DNA from: Williopsis jadinii
Lineage: Eukaryota
NCBI GenBank assembly: GCA_024346625.1
Contig: AP024664.1
Location: 3,286,001 to 3,350,000 of the forward strand
DNA length: 64,000 nt
Direction of reading: 5' to 3'
Part shown: piece by piece, positions 54,891 through 64,000 of the stretch
Numbering within the stretch: the stretch's first letter is position 1
Layout of the letters: every line of letters starts with the position of its first letter
Made by a program: the position numbers and the translations under genes
Notes under the pieces: generated by a model
Told to the model about the DNA's origin: nothing
Seen by the model: only the letters and a program-made list of their open reading frames with translations
The model's database searches: none

Positions 54891-55416
54891 GATTGAGAAC
54901 TGCTTCTGTGGATTACTCTCTAATCCGTCTATTGATGATGAGGACCAGGAGGATTTAAACCGGGGATGGGCGAGAAGCTGATGAAAAAATTTAGCGTCAC
55001 ACAACTATATTAATCAGGGTAGAGTGAGTAACAAAAGGAGTCAAATCTACCTCTCAACAATGAAAACCACGCTAATTCACACTTGGTCTATGAGCACAGC
55101 GTCTGTTCACGTGAGAAAGAGGAACAGGCAAATGAAAATAAGAGCAAAATACAACCTCAGGAGACCCTTTTTAAACCAAATTGGACTTGCAATTAACAGA
55201 AATCTCGCTACTTTCTTGCTCGCCTGGTCCGAAAAGCTGACAATTCCCGAGTTTTTCGTTTGTAGTCCGCCCGCCCTGCTTCCGCCGGGGGTCCGTGTAG
55301 GCTCTCATCCTCGGCCGGCTTTTGAAATCTACGGAATTAAAGCGCTTTTACACGAAGTAATCGGAAGTTGGTTGTCGTCACTCATGAGCTAATTGCTTTT
55401 AAACAGGGAAGTGAAG

Positions 55417-57570
55417 CTAGTTCGAGGTGCTCTCAATCTCCTCCAATAGATCCTCCAGTTTACTCGACACCTCATCCAGAGGTATGTCGGCGGATTCGCT
55501 AATTAGCCGTTTGTATTTCTTCATCTTGTCATCCTGAGCATGGACCCCACTGTACAGTCGTAAGATCTCATCCAAGAGGTGTCCTCTTGATATCTGCAGC
55601 CTTGTCAACTCAATGGAGACGCTTAGCGAATCTTCGGATCCCACAGGGCAGTCCCGCTTGGTTTCATCCTTCATGGCATTTTCCAAGAAGCGTTTCTGCG
55701 ATCTCTCTAGCATTCTGCGTAGTTTGACCTCTTTGCTCTTGACAAGAAGTTCATGACGCTTCACTTGATCCTGGACAAAGGAGATGTGCTTCGTGAGCTT
55801 TTCGTTGTCGAGTGCCTCACCGAGGAACTCCTTGGTCTTGTTTTCAATCATCACCGTCTCGTCGTGCATATTCGTCAACAGCTGTTTAACCTCTTGAACA
55901 TCAGATTCTTTCCTTCCCAATTCATCATCATATATGTTTGATAGTTCGTTGAGTGAGTCCACGATGAATTGCGATACCTTGTGGGTGGCCTCAATAGCAG
56001 CTTCTGAAACGTGAGGCTCCGCGACAGATTCAACTGACCTGCTCCGTTTGCGTCCTCTCATCATGTGCATTTCGTATCTCTCCTGGACTTTCGGGTTCAA
56101 GTTCTCATTCTCCAAGAGGATGTCCGATGCAATTTGACCACTGTTATTGCGAATATTCGTCTTTGCCTTGAAATTTAGTAGCAATTTGATGCACTTCCTA
56201 TTTGCATTCTTTGCACATATGTGTAAGACGGTATCACCTGTATTGTCCTGGCAATTGAGAAACGACTCTACCCTTTCTGATGACTGCCCTTCGGATACTT
56301 TTGCAATAACGATATCCATGTAATATAATGCAGAGGGTACTCGACTCTTCGATGTAGCTGCTGCTGCAATGTGATGAAGGACAGTTCTGTGATTAGCGTC
56401 AAACTCAAAACAAGTTTCGCTCACAAGTGCAACTATCCTTGGAAATGTCTTTTTAACATATGAGTTCGTGAACTGCACTGCTTTCATTAGTGGGGTCTCC
56501 CCAGCATTGTTAACAGCTCTGTAGTTTGCTCCGAGCGTGATTACCACCTCTGCAACCTGGGGACTTCCCATGGCACATGCCCAGTGGAACATGGTGTTCC
56601 CATCGTCATCAATCACCTCATCAACTTTTAAGCCATTTGGAGGGTGAGCTAAGAAGTCCGGCAGTATAGAATCATCAACCATCTCATCTGGTTGTAGAAA
56701 ATACTCCAAAAGTCGAGATGTAAAGTCCGAATTTGAGTCTATCCATTTGGTATCACGGTGTTCATCACCATGGTTCATAACACGTTCCAAACTTTCCCTT
56801 GCCGTTTGATTCAAAGCTTCGTTTGGAGACTTTAATGCGTTTGCTAAGTCTACCTCTGACATGAACTCACTTGGGGATGAAGGGGAAATAATGCTTAAAC
56901 TGGAGGGGTCTTCGATATCACTGTCAATACCATCATTAATGTCCATCTCTGGTGAACCCTCTCTGTCGGGCGGGTGCAGATCATTTGTAGCAAGATTTGA
57001 AGCACTCTGGACATGCCGTTTACCAACAAACACCCCCTCGTTCGGATTTGAAACTGGAGCCACCGCTTTCTTCGCTCTCTCTTTGGCTTTCGATGTCCTT
57101 GACGTTGTTGTAATCTTATTAGATGTTTTCATTACCGGAGTACTTGCAGTCTTTCTGGCAAGTGCGGCTTTTCTCTTTGGCGGAGGGGCCTTCTCGATGA
57201 CTGAAGCGCTCTTCTCATGACGATGCTTTGGAGCAGGCGGTGGAGACATTCCAGGAAATAACGTTGTAACCTCAAATAATGGCTCTAGTATTTCATACAC
57301 TTCAAACTGTTTGGCGATTTCCTTGGCTCTCTGCAATGGGACCCACGTACCTTGGTATTTACCATATCCACCTTGTACTTTCTCATGCTCGCCTACTTGG
57401 ACATCCCTTTCCAGTATCCTCGTACGCTTGGCCTTGGGGAAGTTTGCAGTTTTCAAAATGTGTGTAGCATTCACCCAGCTGTCAGATTTCCGTCTCATGA
57501 CTGACCCTGTGGGTATCAAATACTCATAAACGGGCACACCTGAATAGGTGGCTGAGAATATCTTATCCAT
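55417..57570 (-). CDS. MBP1: MBF transcription factor subunit (APSES/KilA-N plus ankyrin repeats)
   Basis: ATYSGVPVYE, VMRRKSDSWVNATHILK, HEKVQGGYGKYQGTWVP, GNTMFHWAC, GDTVLH; PSA1 nearby. Confidence 0.9.
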   Translation of the reverse strand: MDKIFSATYSGVPVYEYLIPTGSVMRRKSDSWVNATHILKTANFPKAKRTRILERDVQVGEHEKVQGGYGKYQGTWVPLQRAKEIAKQFEVYEILEPLFEVTTLFPGMSPPPAPKHRHEKSASVIEKAPPPKRKAALARKTASTPVMKTSNKITTTSRTSKAKERAKKAVAPVSNPNEGVFVGKRHVQSASNLATNDLHPPDREGSPEMDINDGIDSDIEDPSSLSIISPSSPSEFMSEVDLANALKSPNEALNQTARESLERVMNHGDEHRDTKWIDSNSDFTSRLLEYFLQPDEMVDDSILPDFLAHPPNGLKVDEVIDDDGNTMFHWACAMGSPQVAEVVITLGANYRAVNNAGETPLMKAVQFTNSYVKKTFPRIVALVSETCFEFDANHRTVLHHIAAAATSKSRVPSALYYMDIVIAKVSEGQSSERVESFLNCQDNTGDTVLHICAKNANRKCIKLLLNFKAKTNIRNNSGQIASDILLENENLNPKVQERYEMHMMRGRKRSRSVESVAEPHVSEAAIEATHKVSQFIVDSLNELSNIYDDELGRKESDVQEVKQLLTNMHDETVMIENKTKEFLGEALDNEKLTKHISFVQDQVKRHELLVKSKEVKLRRMLERSQKRFLENAMKDETKRDCPVGSEDSLSVSIELTRLQISRGHLLDEILRLYSGVHAQDDKMKKYKRLISESADIPLDEVSSKLEDLLEEIESTSN

Positions 57571-57982
57571 TGTTGACTTCTGACACTCGATGAGCACACT
57601 TGTAAGGGATAAACAACACCAGTAACCTCAAGAAGAAAAAGGCCTCAGTCTGAATAAGCTGAAATGGGACCGCACAGTGTTTCAGTCAGACACCAGTGGA
57701 CTCGAAAGACTCTTTAATCAAGTGTACACAGCCCTCAGTGCCACACACCCAATGTTCTGTATTGATTCTCTCGTCTATGCAAGATTGTGTGAAATCTGAA
57801 GCAAATATTGCCCTGATAGACACACTGTATGTATGGCTTCCTCTTGGTTGAGACTCTCAGCAATTAAACCCTCCTCTGGATACTACCGCCTTAGATCAGC
57901 TTTGGTTATGTGGATTGTTCGCTTACTCCGCCTGATAGATCGTGCACACCGACCTGTTTCACTGTCCCTTCGATGCCAGCGC

Positions 57983-58009
57983 TGTTGTTGTTGTTGTTGT
58001 TGTTGTTGT
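57983..58009. repeat. (TGT)9 microsatellite
   Basis: Read directly in the divergent MBP1/orphan promoter. Confidence 0.95.
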
Positions 58010-58189
58010 ATGATTTTGCCGCTAAGAAATTTTTGAACGGTTGTTTCCACGGTGATGGCCAAAAATCTGTTGGTGCAACACTCACCATACCGAACAGCCA
58101 AAGCCAGACACAACGCTTACATTACAAGCTGGTAAACACATGAGAGGTGACACTTTGACCTTCTTTCGAGGGAGAAAGGGCTCAGTGGT

Positions 58190-60964
58190 ATGGTTGTCCT
58201 CAGGACTCAAGAGCAGGGAAGCTCCAGGGCTATAAAGGCCACGAAGGAGCCACCTAAGGAGCAGTGCTGTCCTCTATCGACAGCAATACTGGATGATGAT
58301 GAGTATTATATCTATCGCCATGGCCGGTTAGAATTCATGAGAAGGAAACTTGGTTCATGGGTCAATATCACCAAGTTCTTGCCACTCATAGACGATTCCC
58401 CAGCCTTGAACGCTGAACTTCGACGCTTCAAGCACTCTCGATTTCTCTACTCAAATTCAACACAAGGGAAACGTTTCAACGGTCTATGGGTTCCTTTAAA
58501 TATTGCGAGACGGTTTGCAATTGCACATGGGTTATGGTCGAAAGTGGGGCCTCTCCTGGCCTTCGAAAGGGTGGCTATAGTGTCATATTCAGGCATGCAC
58601 TACTACGAATACTTTGTGCACATGAGCGTGGATGTGAGCATAAGAATTCTACGAGAAGTATCAACAAATAGAGTCAATATGGATCAGGTGTTCTCTGTGT
58701 ATTACAGACTCAAGGGTAACAAGGCGGTAACGGCTCTTCGAAGATCACTGTACTTCTATCACAGAACTATGAGGATAAAGGGAGACTCAACTATATGCGG
58801 AGGGCACTGGATGGAAGTTGCATGTGTAATCAGATTCTCAAGGAAGCACGGTCTCTTTAAACATATCTGTCCCATTCTCGAATTCGACTCCTCGCCAGAT
58901 CAGTTGAAGGCTATCCCCATGGATCTCTATGAAAGAACTTTACGCTTACACTGGAGAGCAACGAAAGATGATCGCAGCTTCTTTGGTTTTCCCTCATCAT
59001 TTAGAGAAGGTTCGGTACCTAGAGGACCGGCTCCCCGTATTTACGGTAAACCTAACAATCGCTTATCCTATGATGATTTCACAATAAAAACACCGATCAC
59101 CATTCAACTAACCAAGAAAGGTCGAGGTGAAATAAACCGTGTCACAGTCCTCAGAAGGTTATCCGATGGATGGGTCAACTGTACTAGACTCATTCATGCT
59201 TGTGTTCTCATTCGCCTTTTGCAGTTGGATTTGGGGGAAGACGATCCTGATATGAAAGTTGAGAATGAATTACACATCCGAGATGTTCTGGAGAAATATC
59301 ACTATCAAATGGTTCAGTGTCAGAAAGCACCTACGTTGAATGGTAAATGGTGCTCATGTGAAGATTCTTTGCACATTTTTAACATGTTTCATATCTCTCA
59401 GACTTCACAAGGAAAGAGCATTTTGGACCTTTTACGTTCAACTCGATTTAAACAGCCCATGAACAACGCTCAAGACGATGTGGAGCAGGGTGATGGTGAT
59501 GATGACAACGACTCCTTGGAAGTTCTTGACGAAGACGACTTCCTCGAAATGACAAGCGTCATCAAGACGAAGGATGTTTACCGTGATCCTAAATTTTTTG
59601 ATAATGAGGGTGAGTCCTCTTCTGAAGAGGACGTTGAGATCCATGGTATCTCGGGTGAAGAATCCTCTGAAGAGGATGATATCGTTTTTGGAAATACACT
59701 GTCAAATGTAAACCTTGGTCTCCCTGACTGTCGAGTGCATGCTGCGTCTGGCTCTCACCAAGATGATGATGCCCTTAATGTTTTACCTCTAACTAATACT
59801 TCTGGAGTCTTACCTTCCAAAAAAAGAAAGTACGAGGTCATAGTGCTTGATGAAGACGAGCACTCCGATCATGATGATGGTAAGAACCCGGAGTACAACA
59901 AACTATCTGGTCAACAAAATCCAGTACTCATTGACCTTGATGCTGATGGTCATGATAAAATCACAGCTGCTAGTGGAACCCCTATTAATGATGTTTTACA
60001 GCTTCACAGTGAAGAGATCATTGCTCGTTTGAAATTCATATGCATTGACATTGACCAAGCGATCAGTAAACCGCATGAAGTCTACTCCAAGAAAGTTCAG
60101 GTTGTAATCAGCAACAATTTGAAGAAGCTAAGGTACTTCAATGCGGTAAATGAACAAATGAAGATCAAATCGAAGTTGAATAACACATTTCATAATCTTC
60201 GTGCTCTTAGTGTGAGCTTGAAGGAACTCCAAGATCTTGAAACACGTTGGCGCTATGAATCTGCTCAGTCGCCTGCTTCGATTACACGGTCAGATAAGGA
60301 GCCAAGAACACTGCTACCTCTTGATCAATATAAGGTCGCACCTCTGTCACTTGGAACAAATCCATCGACGAATAGATCCGAATCATGTGGATCTAATGCA
60401 ACAAAAGCACCAGAACGTCACCATCATATCCAACAAAGAATGATATCACAAGGAAACCAACGAAGACCTGGTCAAACATATAATACGTACAATCATTCAT
60501 GGCAACATCGTGAGTCAGAATACCCTGGAACCAATTCTTCATCTCTGGTGTATGAAACACCGCATAAAAGTACTCGTGCTGTCGTCAACCCACTGTCGAT
60601 TCGTACTCACATACATGATGCCAACATGAGCCTTGTTCTCTCTAATGTACGTGATCCTGAACAACCGACATCACAGAAGAGCACTGGTACTCTAAATACT
60701 ACACACAGACTGCTCCCTTTATATCGCAAAACAACAGAGCCATCTTCAACCCAAAGCTGGGGCAGCTCTGGCGTTGAGGCTATGAAAGATCGTATACCGT
60801 CAGAGTATACGAGATTCGAGAAGCCTCCATTCGTGAATAATGGATTGCATAAAGGTGCTATTGACTGTGATAGCAGTCCAAAGCCAAGGATGATCAAGTC
60901 CTCGAAATCTGGTGCGGTGCAATATCAAAGCCTTAACAGTAAAATGTCACAGTCCTCAAGTTAA
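58190..60964 (+). CDS. Orphan protein with three tandem KilA-N/APSES-like domains, acidic middle region and low-complexity tail
   Basis: 924-aa intact ORF; MRRKLGSWVNITK/NGLWVP, ILREVSTNRVNM/GGHWME, LRRLSDGWVNCTRL/NGKWCS compared with the Mbp1 domain. Confidence 0.85.
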   Translation: MVVLRTQEQGSSRAIKATKEPPKEQCCPLSTAILDDDEYYIYRHGRLEFMRRKLGSWVNITKFLPLIDDSPALNAELRRFKHSRFLYSNSTQGKRFNGLWVPLNIARRFAIAHGLWSKVGPLLAFERVAIVSYSGMHYYEYFVHMSVDVSIRILREVSTNRVNMDQVFSVYYRLKGNKAVTALRRSLYFYHRTMRIKGDSTICGGHWMEVACVIRFSRKHGLFKHICPILEFDSSPDQLKAIPMDLYERTLRLHWRATKDDRSFFGFPSSFREGSVPRGPAPRIYGKPNNRLSYDDFTIKTPITIQLTKKGRGEINRVTVLRRLSDGWVNCTRLIHACVLIRLLQLDLGEDDPDMKVENELHIRDVLEKYHYQMVQCQKAPTLNGKWCSCEDSLHIFNMFHISQTSQGKSILDLLRSTRFKQPMNNAQDDVEQGDGDDDNDSLEVLDEDDFLEMTSVIKTKDVYRDPKFFDNEGESSSEEDVEIHGISGEESSEEDDIVFGNTLSNVNLGLPDCRVHAASGSHQDDDALNVLPLTNTSGVLPSKKRKYEVIVLDEDEHSDHDDGKNPEYNKLSGQQNPVLIDLDADGHDKITAASGTPINDVLQLHSEEIIARLKFICIDIDQAISKPHEVYSKKVQVVISNNLKKLRYFNAVNEQMKIKSKLNNTFHNLRALSVSLKELQDLETRWRYESAQSPASITRSDKEPRTLLPLDQYKVAPLSLGTNPSTNRSESCGSNATKAPERHHHIQQRMISQGNQRRPGQTYNTYNHSWQHRESEYPGTNSSSLVYETPHKSTRAVVNPLSIRTHIHDANMSLVLSNVRDPEQPTSQKSTGTLNTTHRLLPLYRKTTEPSSTQSWGSSGVEAMKDRIPSEYTRFEKPPFVNNGLHKGAIDCDSSPKPRMIKSSKSGAVQYQSLNSKMSQSSS

Positions 60965-62054
60965 GGAACTATTGCTGTGGTCAAGAACCACGCTAAGGGC
61001 TGGTCAATTCCACCGTTTGTGATTGTTATATTAAAGGGTGTACTCTCTTCATAACACTGATACGCCTGCTACGATGGTGGTTTTAAAGAGGAATGAAGGA
61101 CATTCAAACATATATAGATGAAACGACACATAAGTATCATCACTCAGTTATATGGGTCATGAACGACTTCATTGAACGAAATTGTAACGGTATCCAAGGA
61201 ATACCAGAATCATTCTTACAAGAGGTGCCAATCCAGTGGGATTGGTCTTCAAATATCAGAGGCGTGATGGATTCACAGTACTATGTTCAATACCAGGTGT
61301 AAAGATGACCTCCTCTTCTCCAGCTTTGGTCTGAACATCATAGCAAAAACCTGGTGGTGCACACCATGGCAGCAGAGACTAAACTCGGTTTTGAAGGTCT
61401 CATAACAACACTATTGTACATGCCATTTGGCGAAGATCAATCGAACTGAAATCTGATCAAGAGAGAAAGAAGGAGTCCCATAAACATCATCTACTACAAT
61501 ACACGAGCAAACTGAATCGACCACCATCGGCTTCAGTACTGGCCAAAGGCACTCTACAACAGCTTGACGGATGGCCATTCGTGCCAATGGTGACTCAATA
61601 CCTTTCTTGATAAGAACGTTGCAGCCAAAGTGCTGTAACAGAATCTACGAGAGTCCTCGCCAATGACGGAAGACGTCTCTAATGTCAGCACAGATATGTT
61701 GAGCTCCATCTCCCAAATGCCGGTCTGATCAGCTGGCCACACATTGGCGGAGATATGAACACCGAGTCGTCGTCACTGCAGCAACGGAGAATGGGCGTGT
61801 CGCCGAAGCAACGCGACAGAGCTTAGGCAATGCTGCAGAGATTAGCGACTGATATTAAATACAAGTTAACGGAACTTCGAGCACTAAGCGGATGAGTACG
61901 TTGCGTCCATACGGATTACTGTCTATTCTTCTTATGATAGTGTTGAGAAAGAAAAAGTGGTTGGCGAAATGAATTTGGAAAAGGTCGTGTACGTCATATT
62001 AGACTTGAGAGAAACACTCCCAAGTGTAAGTATATTTTGTAAAACTGGTCCACT

Positions 62055-63143
62055 TTACATGATAATGGACTCCTTCTCGACATTGCTGGAGACGCTCTTG
62101 TGAGGCAAGACCTTGGCACCATTCACGTAAATCTCATCCTTGATCTCAACGTCATCACCCAAGACGGTGACACCTTCCAATCTAGCCCACTTACCAACTG
62201 TAGAGTTCCAGCCAACAATTGTCTTCTTAACCCAAGCGTGGTCCTTGATTGTGGAGTTGGCGAGGACAACAGAGTCTTGGATTCTGACACCGTTACCAAT
62301 GACAACGTTTGGACCAAGGGTGACGTTTGGACCAACAAGAGCACCTTCACCAATCTTGGCAGTTGGGTCGATGAGAACGTTGCCCTTGATTTGTTCGCCC
62401 TCCTCGGCAAGAGACTTGTCGCCCTTCTTCTTCAAGGAGTTCAAGTACAAGGCAGTACCAGCGAGGAAGTCCTTTGGCTGACCAACATCCATCCAGAATC
62501 CTTCCAAATCAAAGGAATAAAGGGATCTCTGCTCAACGAGGATTGGGAAGGTTTCCTTCTCGATGGAAGTTGGCTTCATCTCAATCAAGTCAATAACCTC
62601 TGGGTTCAAGATGTACAAACCAGCGTTAATTCTGTTACCAACAAACTCGACTGGCTTCTCGACGAATCTGTCAATCAAGTTTGGGGTGGCAATGTCGTGG
62701 ACGATGACACCGTACTTGGATGGCTCATCAACCTTTGTGGCGACAATGGTACCCTTACCACCGTGAGCCTTGTGGAACTTAACGAGCTCCTCGAATGGGT
62801 ATTCGCAGATGACATCAGAGTTCAAAACGAAGAATGGCGAGTCGTCCTTCTTCAAAACTTCTTCAGCCAATTTCAATGGACCAGCAGTACCCAATGGCTC
62901 GGTCTCGACAGAGAACGTGATGTTCACACCGTACTCCTTTTCGTACTTCTTCAAGGTGTTGACCATAACCTCTGGTCTGTAGTTGACGGCAAGGACGATG
63001 TCGGTAACACCAGCCTTAGCAAGAGCCTCAATTTGATGGAGGATCATTGGCTTGTTGGCAAACTCAACCAATGGCTTTGGAACAGTGAGGGTCAATGGTC
63101 TCAAACGAGTACCGTAACCACCGACAAGAATCAAACCTTTCAT
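62055..63143 (-). CDS. PSA1: Mannose-1-phosphate guanylyltransferase (GDP-mannose pyrophosphorylase)
   Basis: [33 protein letters not shown], hexapeptide C-terminus. Confidence 0.98.
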   Translation of the reverse strand: MKGLILVGGYGTRLRPLTLTVPKPLVEFANKPMILHQIEALAKAGVTDIVLAVNYRPEVMVNTLKKYEKEYGVNITFSVETEPLGTAGPLKLAEEVLKKDDSPFFVLNSDVICEYPFEELVKFHKAHGGKGTIVATKVDEPSKYGVIVHDIATPNLIDRFVEKPVEFVGNRINAGLYILNPEVIDLIEMKPTSIEKETFPILVEQRSLYSFDLEGFWMDVGQPKDFLAGTALYLNSLKKKGDKSLAEEGEQIKGNVLIDPTAKIGEGALVGPNVTLGPNVVIGNGVRIQDSVVLANSTIKDHAWVKKTIVGWNSTVGKWARLEGVTVLGDDVEIKDEIYVNGAKVLPHKSVSSNVEKESIIM

Positions 63144-64000
63144 TATGTATGTATGTGAATGTGTGCTGTGCTAAGGTGTGATACCTAAATGCAATTAAAT
63201 GGCTTCAACCTCAAAGAACGTGTCAAGAGCTCTTAAATTAAGGAGCAAAAATCGAGGATTTGTTATGATTTTTATACTCTCGAGCATCCACGTTCGACGT
63301 GTTTTTTTTTGTGTTCGTCCTGCTTTCGCACAATTTTTCGTCGCGACGCATCACATCGAAAATGTCCCAGAGGGAAATGTCCGTGTGTTTTGGTTGTCCT
63401 TTCTTTTTTTGTCCGAGACAAGGCAGTTGGGCTTGGAGAGTCGTAGCTTCACCGGTGAAATTCTCACATCCTCCCACCCTCTCTTGCTTCCACTCTTTTG
63501 GCGTTCTGGGCCCTGGAGGTGTGGGAATACACGGTCCACCCTGTGGCCCAAATGCTGTATAAAGTGACCCCGTTATTATCCAGCACTGAGGCGGTCTCTG
63601 TAGTGATGTTCACGAAGGTCTGATAAATTATTGAGTATCGTGTAAATGTCTTGTCTGTAACTGTTCAACCCACGACCTGCAGCGCTTCCTCCCACATGAA
63701 CAACCACGGTGGCCTTTTTCATCTCAAGCGTTTGGATCGCGCTGGCATGGCTTGCAATGGCCAATTCTACAACTACATGTGGTGTGTCGTAAATGGTAGC
63801 CACGTACATTTGTGGCAGTTGGTGGGTGCTGCTACACTATGTCTGGGCATACGCTTTGGCAAACCGTCGAAGCTTCAGGCGGTGAGAACTCCATGGACCG
63901 TTCGCATTTGATCTGGTAATTTACAGCTCGATCTGTGGGCCTGTTGAGGTGCGTAGAGAGAGTGGTACTATAATCCAATTGGTCCTCAGTCAACCATAGC

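Noticed and set aside
61093..61900. Coding-like intergenic DNA between the triple-APSES gene and PSA1
   Set aside because: Only short ORFs with no motif; no LTR or terminal inverted repeat found
62100..63158. 352-aa antisense ORF over PSA1
   Set aside because: Mirror of a strongly codon-biased gene with no recognisable motifs; the same applies to the many antisense ORFs in GLT1 and ADE5,7
63576..64000. Short minus-strand ORFs at the right edge
   Set aside because: No recognisable product; may be promoter DNA or the tail of a gene outside the window

Overview
Gene-dense eukaryotic DNA from a budding yeast (Saccharomycotina). CUG appears to be read as Leu, a respiratory complex I subunit is present, and introns are short (62-86 nt). 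This suggests a non-CTG, non-Saccharomyces yeast such as the Cyberlindnera/Wickerhamomyces group (inference). About 29 protein genes are recognisable, including RBP95, CAND1-like, a SOU-type SDR, two Ure2/YfcG-type GSTs, VRG4, an MRX20-like carrier, ADE5,7, DHH1, DMO2, STE7, CWH43, an NDUFB10 homolog, CTO1, PFF1, NCW2 and a possible paralog, POL4, COG1, YAK1, TIM17, HCR1, PAR32, GLT1, a UGA3-like factor, UPS1, MBP1 and PSA1. Four coding-region introns and one 5'-UTR intron were reconstructed by hand. Three things stand out. (1) At about 35.97-36.59 kb lies a decayed TnpB/Fanzor-type element: a RuvC/zinc-ribbon C-terminus, a possible IS607-TnpA-like HTH stub upstream, and a multi-hairpin omega-RNA-like segment downstream. 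(2) A 924-aa orphan with three tandem KilA-N/APSES domains sits head-to-head with MBP1. (3) A tandem pair of unknown small mitochondrial-looking proteins, one with a duplicated AU-rich 3' element. All homology calls are from motif recognition, not database searches.
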